This document shows, piece by piece, positions 57,501-64,000 of a DNA stretch of 64,000 nucleotides; position 1 is the first letter of the stretch; every line of letters starts with the position of its first letter. The notes under the pieces are model-generated. The model searched no databases and had not been told where the DNA came from. It worked only from the letters and a program-made list of their open reading frames with translations. The translations under genes and the position numbers were made by a program. Location of the stretch: NCBI GenBank assembly GCA_963674475.2, contig CAXXFQ010000019.1, positions 410,168 through 474,167 on the forward strand. The letters are read 5' to 3'. Origin of the DNA: Thermoguttaceae bacterium. Its GTDB lineage: Bacteria; Planctomycetota; Planctomycetia; Pirellulales; Thermoguttaceae.

Positions 57501-59331
57501 ACCACGCGCCGTTGTTGGTTCCGTCGGCGCGGACGATCTGCGGAATCGCCTTGGGAGCGGCGCCTTGCGGTTTCTGGCCCGCGCGGCCTTGAATCAACCG
57601 TCGCGACCAGCCGTTGGTATCGTCGGCAAAGATGTCGAGCGAATAATGGTCGGCATTCGAAAAGACCAGATCGTCGCGGCCGTCTTCGTCGATGTCGACC
57701 AAACGGGCTCCGGCGTCACGTCCGTTTTTGTCGACCAAAAGGACACCTTCGGGCAAACCATAGGAAAGCTTTTGCCAGCGTTTGCCGTCAAAGGTGAAGA
57801 GGCCGTTTTGTTCCTCGGCCCCGGCGATCAACTCGCAACGCCCGTCGTCGTTGATGTCGCGAAGTCGGACGCCTCGATCTGCTCCGCCGCGGGCGGTGAC
57901 GACCGGACGGCCATCGATTTCAAGTCCGTCGAGTCCCCCGGGAACTTCGGTCCAAGTCTGGCCCGACCAGTGCCAAAGACTGGCCTTTTTGTCGTTTCGA
58001 ACCAACATCCAGGCCGTGCCTGAGTCATCCAAGACGCCGAATCGGACGCCTGCGTTTTGGGTTTTCCCATCGGGGCCCTTTTCGACCAGCGGTACCGGGA
58101 AGCCGGTTTCCAGCCAGCGTTTTTCGCCGGGCTGCCAGACGCGTGTTTTCCGGGTTTGACCGTTGGCGATCACGACGTCCATGTAGCCGTCGGCGTTGAC
58201 GTCGAGGATTCGAACCCCGTTGTCGTTCCCCTCGGCGTCGCGCAACGGATGGCCTTCGAGCAGATTTTGGTTCAGCCGCTTTGCCACCTCGGTGAAGTTC
58301 AGGAAGAGGATCCGCTTGCCGTAGGTTTTTTCGGCGTAGTCGATCAGCTTGATGAATTGATCGCTGCTGCACGAACCGTGCGGATGGGCGATGATCGTAT
58401 CGACTCCCTGTTTGGCGACGATCCCGTCGAGGGCCGCCTTCATGTCGCGAAGCCACTCCGGACGACACGAACCGCCCAGATAGTGTTCGGCCTGCCAGTC
58501 GCTCGGCGAGACCATCGGCAACTCCCAGCAGGTGCGACCGATGACGTAGGGATACGGATAATCTTCGATGTAGTTGGCGAACTTGCGATCGACCGGTTTG
58601 TATTTCGGAAAACGGGGCATCCCCGATTCGTCGGTCGCCACGTGAGCGGGCAGAGCCGGATCGTTTTGGGTCAGGTCGACAAAGACCGACGAGTCGAGTT
58701 GAAGGAAATTCCCTTGCGGCGTGGTGCTATTGAAAATCTCGGTGAAAAACCGTGGGCTGTTCGTGTTGACCGAGTCGCAGTAGGGCATCCGATAGGCGAC
58801 TCCGCCGGAACCTTCGGGGAAGGCTTTTGTTAAAAGATCGACCATCTGATCGTAGGCGTTTTTCGAAGCGGCCAGATCGCCCCCTTGCAGCAGCGGATGA
58901 CGGTGGTCGATCGTGTGAGCCTCGATCGAGACGCCTTCTTCGATCCAACGTTTGAGCTGGGGCAAATCGGGCGAGACGCGAAGGGACATGATGCTAAGCG
59001 GTGCGCGGCCGTCGATCTTTTTAAGCCGCTCGAGGACCGGTCGCCAAAATTTTTCATACCGGTCGACCACTTCGTCTTGCAGATCGTCGGTCGAGAGAAC
59101 CACGGCCGCGTCGACCCCTTCTTGGCCGACCCATTGGGGCGTCGTCAGGCGGGCAGTCTGAAGCGTCGGGTAGTACGGGTCCGAAAACGCGTCGAGATAT
59201 TCAAGTCGTTCGGCCGGGGAGGCGGTCCGTGCGAAACGCCGATCCGGTTGTGTTATGGTGGATTCGCCGGCAGCAAGGGCAAAACTCACGATCACAGTCG
59301 GAATAAAAAGAAGAACCGTTGCAACTCGCAT
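54568..59331 (-). CDS. Giant secreted multidomain protein: polysaccharide-deacetylase-like + FG-GAP/VCBS repeats + PVC-type membrane-bound-dehydrogenase/HEAT/heme c (CxxCH) + C-terminal beta-sandwich
   Basis: 1587 aa with a signal peptide. FG-GAP-like repeats include DVNADGYMDVV, DINDDGRCEL and DIDEDGRDDLV. A beta-propeller block (IAWGPDGSLWVTEM) and HEAT-like repeats follow. The heme c site is CSLCHRLD. Confidence 0.8.
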   Translation of the reverse strand: MRVATVLLFIPTVIVSFALAAGESTITQPDRRFARTASPAERLEYLDAFSDPYYPTLQTARLTTPQWVGQEGVDAAVVLSTDDLQDEVVDRYEKFWRPVLERLKKIDGRAPLSIMSLRVSPDLPQLKRWIEEGVSIEAHTIDHRHPLLQGGDLAASKNAYDQMVDLLTKAFPEGSGGVAYRMPYCDSVNTNSPRFFTEIFNSTTPQGNFLQLDSSVFVDLTQNDPALPAHVATDESGMPRFPKYKPVDRKFANYIEDYPYPYVIGRTCWELPMVSPSDWQAEHYLGGSCRPEWLRDMKAALDGIVAKQGVDTIIAHPHGSCSSDQFIKLIDYAEKTYGKRILFLNFTEVAKRLNQNLLEGHPLRDAEGNDNGVRILDVNADGYMDVVIANGQTRKTRVWQPGEKRWLETGFPVPLVEKGPDGKTQNAGVRFGVLDDSGTAWMLVRNDKKASLWHWSGQTWTEVPGGLDGLEIDGRPVVTARGGADRGVRLRDINDDGRCELIAGAEEQNGLFTFDGKRWQKLSYGLPEGVLLVDKNGRDAGARLVDIDEDGRDDLVFSNADHYSLDIFADDTNGWSRRLIQGRAGQKPQGAAPKAIPQIVRADGTNNGAWFKYRYMWVQNEDTPGHFPHEVDTRYFTNDFLAHEKEPPGRTPQQELAALIPKPGFTIELMAAEPAVLDPIDIAWGPDGSLWVTEMADYPMGYAEPGHYGPPETPGIPCGRVRRLTDTDGDGQYDKSVVFLDKIPFPTGVMPWRDGVLITAAPLVFFAKDTDGDGKADFRETLFDGFHEGNQQHRVNYPRWRLDNWISLANGDSDGKVISKKTGQVIDISGADLRINPDTGQIQRMTGRSQYGRSRDDWGNWFGCNNSWPAFHFAMDDHYLARNPFVSLPSLRHNVSEIPSAWPAGRVMTHCFYDQPTPQEGQPGRWTSISGVTVYRDDLFGPEYEDNIFSSDSVYNVITRAKPRREGIRIYGDRAADELQSEFVASSDPNFRPATARTGPDGALWVADMYRYVIEHPEWINDELEKELELQRYNDRGRVFRIYPVGKTPRAIPDLTKLNLEQLVAAMNSPSGWQRDMVQQMLIWKNAVEAAPYLEKLVKTSKRPQTRLQALCALDGLDKLSADMLLLGLEDAHPGVRRHAVRLCEGRFDLDPRLAEALKNRLHDYDEMVLLQLAYSLGEWKSTKAAEMLAEMAIRYEADPQMFAAVMSSTVPHAQKMAELIRAKKDQTANQLRLAAKLEQLAADIEEWNETDPEDRQIERQASDEFVIGRETPPEIAAAIEKYKPALKLKGDPVRGAKMFEEATCSLCHRLDSIGEHIGPDLLSLVDRSPPVILLSVIDPNVAIKERYLQYTVITVDGLTIQGQLIEETSNSLTLADITGKKHTVLRKDIEEILCDGLSNMPEKLEAKLEPQQMADLLAFVHGAKAEAAPAATTEKKVEKKGPTLVRPDENGVLNLESIDALATGPEIKYMPKEKAFGWFTSRDRAEWHIEVPETGLYEGYLTWSVDKDNAGHPWVLLHGTNQMKVGLIGAVGESGGWETSKTVPIGRLELQRGRRRIIVGAGGSFGGYLFDLFRVDFVPVKEEAKE

Positions 59332-59663
59332 GAAGTACCTATTTCGTGTTTTAGCGGGCTTGGTGTGTGGCTAGAAAGGGATATGGACAGTCCGATTCTA
59401 GTTGGCTCTTGGCGTGGGAGTCAATAAAAGTTGCGGGTTATACCAATTTGTGTAATAAAAAAACGAAAAAGTATAAAAACGGCTCGAAGTGGGCAGAAAG
59501 GAAAGCGGGTTGGCGACCGAACGTCTTTGTTGGCAAAGCAACTGAGATAAGGTTAGGGCCGATTTGTATGGTAGAGTTTTTCAGAGTTTTTTGGCTCCCT
59601 TTTAATGAGTCTCCCCGTTTTCTGATAGAATTTCCCGCAGACGCGTATTAGGCAACCAAGACG

Positions 59664-60245
59664 ATGAATCTCTTTTTTCAATCACGGCTTCTTTCGATCG
59701 CCTTGGTTTTGACCGTTGGTCTCTTGGGGGTGAGCGGCGAGGGGGCGGCAGGGGCCGAGTCGACTCCCGAAGCGGCTGATCCGTACGATGATCCGAACGA
59801 CCCGGGACTTGCCGTAGAAGCACTGGCGCCGGGTGTCGAGCGACTCGGTTACTACGGCCACGGGGTGGCCGAACTGGGGAAATATCGCGTGGAGATTTTC
59901 GACCCGATTTCGAAGTACCTGTTTCGGGTTGATTTCGAGCTGATGGGCCGCACCGAGTTGGAAAAGAAACAGGATTTTCAAAAGTTCATGAACGGCCACC
60001 TGCGTTCTTTTAAGGAGCAGGTTTCGATGGCCGTCCGGACCTGCACGCTCGACGATCTGCGCGACCCGACCCATCGGATCTTCGCCAAAAGAATAACCGC
60101 TCGGGTGAATCGGATCTTCGGGAAAGATTTCTTGGAGGCGATTGAAATTCCCCATTATCTCGTGTCCGAGCGCACCCCTGCGGGAAGCAGTTTTGTCCCG
60201 CTGGAAATGAATCGCCCCGGTTTGTCGTCGGCAGATTCGCCGTAA
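59664..60245 (+). CDS. Hypothetical secreted or membrane-anchored protein
   Basis: 193-aa ORF with a signal/anchor segment (LLSIALVLTVGLLGVSG). It has a weak resemblance to FliL-type proteins, which I would not rely on. Confidence 0.5.
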   Translation: MNLFFQSRLLSIALVLTVGLLGVSGEGAAGAESTPEAADPYDDPNDPGLAVEALAPGVERLGYYGHGVAELGKYRVEIFDPISKYLFRVDFELMGRTELEKKQDFQKFMNGHLRSFKEQVSMAVRTCTLDDLRDPTHRIFAKRITARVNRIFGKDFLEAIEIPHYLVSERTPAGSSFVPLEMNRPGLSSADSP

Positions 60246-60297
60246 CGCATGACGAATGCGAATTCATTCTTTCATCAGCGCGAACGGAACAGAATTG

Positions 60298-61230
60298 CTA
60301 TTCTTGAGCCTCTCGTGCCTTCCAATCGATATCGGACAACGACGCCATCGCCATTTGTAGGGCGTGGGTTCCGTCTTCGCCGTGGCCTTGGGCTGCCAGG
60401 GCAACGTAGAGCTGATGGGCCAACGCCAACCCCGGCAACGCCAGTCCCATTCGCCCGGCCTCTTCCAACGCGATGCGCAGGTCCTTGAGGAAATGGTTGA
60501 CGAAGAATCCCGGCTCGAAGCGGTTTTCGATGATCCGCGGGCCGAGGTTCGAAAGCGACCAACTTCCTGCCGCGCCCGAGGCGACCGAGCGGAGGACCGT
60601 TTCGAGATCCAGTCCAGCTCGGTAAGCGTAAAGCAACGCTTCGCAGACGCCGATCATGTTCGTGGCGATCAAGATCTGATTGACCATCTTCGTATGTTGC
60701 CCGGCACCGTGGCCTCCTTGATGGACGATCGTTTGGCCCATCGCCGACCAGCAAGGTTGGAGAGCGGCGACCGCTTCTTTCGTGCCGCCGATCATGATCG
60801 AAAGACGTCCCTCGCGAGCACCGATATCGCCGCCGGAAACCGGGGCGTCGAGCGCGGTGACGTGAAGTTTCGCGGCCGCTTCGGCGATTTCGACGACCAG
60901 GGCAGGGGGGCTGGTGGTCATGTCGACGATCAGGTCGCCCGGTTTGGCGCCTTGCAAAATACCTTTCGGTCCGAGGAACACGTTGCGGACCTCCGCGGGA
61001 AATCCGACGATCGCAAAAACGACATCAGACGCTTCGGCGACCGCTTTGGGGCTATCGGCCCAGACGGCACCACGGGCACAAAGCGGGTCGGTTTTGGCTC
61101 GAGTTCGGCTATGGACGGTGACCGAGAACCCGGCGTCGAGCAGATGGCCACACATCGGGGCCCCCATCACCCCGGTTCCGATCCAGCCGATTCGTGTTTT
61201 GCCCGGCATGGCCATTTCGAACGTCGCCAT
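60298..61230 (-). CDS. NAD(P)-dependent beta-hydroxyacid dehydrogenase (3-hydroxyisobutyrate dehydrogenase family)
   Basis: [19 protein letters not shown] Rossmann motif, DAPVSGG and [11 protein letters not shown] blocks. Confidence 0.85.
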   Translation of the reverse strand: MATFEMAMPGKTRIGWIGTGVMGAPMCGHLLDAGFSVTVHSRTRAKTDPLCARGAVWADSPKAVAEASDVVFAIVGFPAEVRNVFLGPKGILQGAKPGDLIVDMTTSPPALVVEIAEAAAKLHVTALDAPVSGGDIGAREGRLSIMIGGTKEAVAALQPCWSAMGQTIVHQGGHGAGQHTKMVNQILIATNMIGVCEALLYAYRAGLDLETVLRSVASGAAGSWSLSNLGPRIIENRFEPGFFVNHFLKDLRIALEEAGRMGLALPGLALAHQLYVALAAQGHGEDGTHALQMAMASLSDIDWKAREAQE

Positions 61231-61387
61231 TGTTAAGATTCCTTTTCTTTCTCTTTTAAGATCGGTTCAAGGCCCTACCATTATCTTTCGGAAAACCTTC
61301 GGAAGCAACCCGGCAGTCAAGCAAGAAATGGATAGTGCAAAGGAGGAAAGGAATCGAAAGGAAGTCTTCCATTATGCCAAAAGAGTA

Positions 61388-61659
61388 CGGGCAATCCTTT
61401 TCAAAAGATACTAGCGACCAACGGGAGCGGGTTTAAACATCGGTGCGGAAGCACTGGTCTAAAAGATATCAGTGATCAACGGGAGAACGGGAGCGAGTTT
61501 AATCAATGGAGCGGAAACACCAGTCCCGCCGCGGGCCCTGCCCGACAAGTTGAATCTAGAACGACCGTCCACTTTTTTCCCAAATCGGCACACACCACCT
61601 GTAAAGCCGCGTACCAGCGACCAACGGGAGCGGGTTCAGCGCGTCGGTGCTGAAGCACC
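61388..61659. repeat. Nest of fragments (D1-D3 plus an inverted piece) of the composite palindromic repeat
   Basis: There are three right-half modules of the form AGCGACCAACGGGAGCGGG-N-GGTGC-loop-GCACC. They lie at 61407-61455, 61464-61521 (degenerate, with an internal duplication) and 61609-61659. 61521-61546 contains GCCGCGGGCCCTGCCCG, the reverse complement of part of copy B. The nest abuts the stop codon of the ROK gene. Confidence 0.8.
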
Positions 61660-61661
61660 GG

Positions 61662-62699
61662 TCAAAAGGGTTGGCGGGATTTGTGTTCGGCGGCTCGGGC
61701 GATTCCGGCGGCGCCGATGAAGCCGGCGTCGCCTCCGAGGGTGGCGAAGTCGATCGAGGTTCGCTCGCCCAAAGGGGGCAATGCGCGTGCGACTACTTCG
61801 TGGCGGACGGTGTCGAGGAAGCGGCGGCCAAGTTCGGTGTTGTTTCCGCCGAAGTTCATGGCCCCGCCGAGGATGATGCCGTTAGGGTCGATGGTGTGGA
61901 GGAAGTCGACAATCCCGATGCCCAGGTAGCGGGCCGTGTCGTCGACAATTTCGAGGGATAAGGGGTCGCCCGTCTCGGCCACTTCGGCGACCAGTTTGGG
62001 CGTGAGCTGTTCGCCCGACTCGATTCGGGATCGCAAGGCGGTCGCGTGGCCGTTTTCGAGTGCCTCTTGGGTTCGTTTGATCACCGCGGTCGCACTGGCG
62101 TACGCTTCGAGGTGCCCGCGTTGGCCGCATCCGCAAAGCCGAGCGTTGGGGGAGCTGTCGATGGTGATATGGCCGCATTCGGCGCCGCTGCTGTTTTCGC
62201 CGATCAGCGCATGACCGTTGATGATGATCCCACCGCCGATCCCGGTTCCGAGGGTCAGCATGACCATGCTTTTGAATTGTTTTCCGGCCCCGACCCAATA
62301 TTCGGCATAGGCGGCGGCCGACGCGTCGTTGGACAACGTGACCGGCAGACCGCACAGTTTGCGAAGTTCGTCACAAATCGGGAAGTCTTTCCAGTTTTTC
62401 AAGTTGGATAAGGTGCGGAGGATTCCGGCGCGAATATCCATCGTTCCCGGGGTTCCGATCCCGACGCGGACCAGATCGGAGTGGGAGAGGCCGATTTCCG
62501 CGAGGAGGCTGTTGAGCGACTCGTTGACTCGGCGCATAGCGTCTTGGGGGCCTTTTTCCCCCTCAGTTGGTATGCAGGTCGTGGAGATCGGACGGCCAAG
62601 GTCGTCCACGATTCCGATAACGACCGAGGTGCCACCGAGGTCGATACCCGCATAGAGGGGGGGTGTTGCTTCCGAGACACTAAAATAAGAGGAGCTCAT
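61662..62699 (-). CDS. ROK-family glucokinase/sugar kinase
   Basis: YAGIDLGGTSVVIGIV, LTLGTGIGGGIIING and the ROK zinc motif CGHITID...CGCGQRGHLEAYAS. Confidence 0.85.
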   Translation of the reverse strand: MSSSYFSVSEATPPLYAGIDLGGTSVVIGIVDDLGRPISTTCIPTEGEKGPQDAMRRVNESLNSLLAEIGLSHSDLVRVGIGTPGTMDIRAGILRTLSNLKNWKDFPICDELRKLCGLPVTLSNDASAAAYAEYWVGAGKQFKSMVMLTLGTGIGGGIIINGHALIGENSSGAECGHITIDSSPNARLCGCGQRGHLEAYASATAVIKRTQEALENGHATALRSRIESGEQLTPKLVAEVAETGDPLSLEIVDDTARYLGIGIVDFLHTIDPNGIILGGAMNFGGNNTELGRRFLDTVRHEVVARALPPLGERTSIDFATLGGDAGFIGAAGIARAAEHKSRQPF

Positions 62700-62818
62700 A
62701 AGAAAAGCCTGTCGAATCCCGCCTTGGAATAGTTAAATAAGGGGGCTGAGGATAGAGAATAGATAAACTTCTTTAATAATAAGGTCTTTGCAGGCAAGAT
62801 GCAACGGTGAGAAGGTGC

Positions 62819-62856
62819 AAAAAAAGCCGCACCCCCCGATATGGGAGATGTGGCTT
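62819..62856 (-). terminator. Intrinsic terminator downstream of tRNA-Cys
   Basis: Minus strand: AAGCCACA-loop-TGCGGCTT followed by TTTTTTT. Confidence 0.7.
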
Positions 62857-62869
62857 GATTACGTGAAAG

Positions 62870-62941
62870 AGGCGCCGCCCGGATTCGAACCGGGGATGGC
62901 GGATTTGCAATCCGCTGCCTTAGCCGCTTGGCCACGGCGCC
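62870..62941 (-). tRNA. tRNA-Cys (anticodon GCA)
   Basis: The reverse complement GGCGCCGTGGCCAAGCGGCTAAGGCAGCGGATTGCAAATCCGCCATCCCCGGTTCGAATCCGGGCGGCGCCT has a 7-bp acceptor stem and anticodon loop TTGCAAA. It has a T-arm with TTCGAAT and discriminator U73, as is typical for tRNA-Cys. Confidence 0.92.
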
Positions 62942-63352
62942 GGAAAAGGGCCAATCTAATGAATGCCAGGCCCTTGGTCAAGGGAGTTATCGGAAAGTTC
63001 CCCTGGCAGAGTTTAACGGAGATTTGTCGGTTTCAACGATTTTGTTTGCCTTTAATCTTTGGCGAATTGGGGACTTACGGAGATGAGGGTCCCCGAGAGT
63101 AGGGTGTGGGGTTCGTTTGGTAGAGGGGTTTTTGGCGGGGATTTCTCTCTATGGTTTGACCGTGGCGGCAGGACTTCTAGGCGTCGTTTTGCAGTCGGGC
63201 GCGGGGCAACGGACCGAATCGACGAAAGAACCTGATTGAAAGACGTGGGATCGACGATTTCTAAAAGAGGTCGATTTTTCTGTCTTTTTTCGGCAGGGCG
63301 ACCGATTGATTTTTCCACCATTCGAGTTGGTTCTACCATTTTGGAGGGGTTC

Positions 63353-63694
63353 ATGAGCATTTTAGCGGAGAGGTTTTGGCACATGTTTGGCAACCATTCG
63401 GTCCTGGAATCGGCTGAAACGGTTGCAGCGCACTGTGAAGAAAAGCTGTCGGAGAAGGTCGCAAGTCCCAGCGTGAAGCGGTGTCGGACGGAGGCGGAGT
63501 GGAGAGGTTATGTTTTGGCGCGGGCGACCGAGATGGTGGAGGTCGAGGCTGCCGATTTGCTGCGGATCGATAGGGCCGAGGTTTCCGAGCGAAAAGAGCT
63601 CGTGGTTCAAACCGCCTACGAACTTCTTGTCGATCGGTTCTTGGAACGCTCCGAGACAAGTCACGGGTGTCGCCATGTGGCCAAAGTGGCATGA
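63353..63694 (+). CDS. Hypothetical protein
   Basis: 113-aa ORF from ATG 63353 with GGAGGGG Shine-Dalgarno upstream. No motif recognised. Confidence 0.45.
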   Translation: MSILAERFWHMFGNHSVLESAETVAAHCEEKLSEKVASPSVKRCRTEAEWRGYVLARATEMVEVEAADLLRIDRAEVSERKELVVQTAYELLVDRFLERSETSHGCRHVAKVA

Positions 63695-64000
63695 TTTTTT
63701 TGAAGTTGGTTACGCGTAAGTTTTGCTGCGTGAGATGAAGGACTGCCTGCTTTAAAAGACTAAAGAGTTTGGCTTATTGCGTCATTTTTTATGCGTGGGG
63801 TCCAGGCAGGAAAAGATTTGGCTCATTCAAGTGGTTTTTCTGTCGGAGCGAAACGTTTTGGTGATGAGAAGAATTGCCGGTTTGGACGCTCTTTGATTTG
63901 GCCGTGACGCTTCATTAACGCATGGTAGCTTGAGTTGGAAAAAAGGGGTTTTTCTTAGACGCTTGATTGTTTGTAAAGCTTTTATTAGAAGCCATTTATG

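Noticed and set aside
61388-61659. Possible CRISPR array, because of repeated ~20-nt units
   Set aside because: The spacing is irregular (about 57 and 145 nt) and the units are degenerate and part of a longer dispersed element. No cas genes are in the window.

Overview
This 64-kb window looks like core chromosome of a Planctomycetota-type bacterium. That assignment is an inference from gene content: two DUF1080 proteins, a 1587-aa PVC-type heme-binding/FG-GAP protein, a Tat-signal Gfo/Idh/MocA oxidoreductase, ThuA and the hopanoid genes shc-hpnH. The window is centred on dnaA (29619-31154). I can support about 45 protein genes, mostly housekeeping (infA, scpB, shc, hpnH, rpsA, queE, tyrA, purL, purQ, trmL, dnaA, galU, aat, uvrC, hemE and a hybrid histidine kinase). 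I also support two minus-strand tRNAs, Glu-CUC and Cys-GCA, and several intrinsic terminators. I saw no transposase, integrase, CRISPR array or recognisable defence or toxin genes, so I cannot point to a multi-gene novel system. Seven things seem worth a second look. (1) A multi-hairpin palindromic repeat family of about 180-210 bp sits 10-20 nt after stop codons. It has two full copies, one half copy and a fragment nest, and its terminal hairpin keeps the stem while the tetraloop varies. (2) A second motif of about 35 nt (GATTTTTCCA..GGTTGCAAGGAAC) occurs 3-4 times, twice as direct repeats bracketing a 0.5-kb gene-free region. (3) Single-base frameshifts interrupt infA and a yqhD-like alcohol dehydrogenase, both within the first 2 kb. 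(4) A 178-aa hyper-acidic protein has EYEYVD repeats that differ only at synonymous sites. (5) Two tandem secreted paralogues of about 580-600 aa match no family I recognise. (6) Four tandem RBS/start-codon-like modules lie at the tyrA start. (7) dnaA has no adjacent dnaN and no obvious DnaA-box cluster. All coordinates were derived by hand from the sequence and the ORF track, and no database searches were run.
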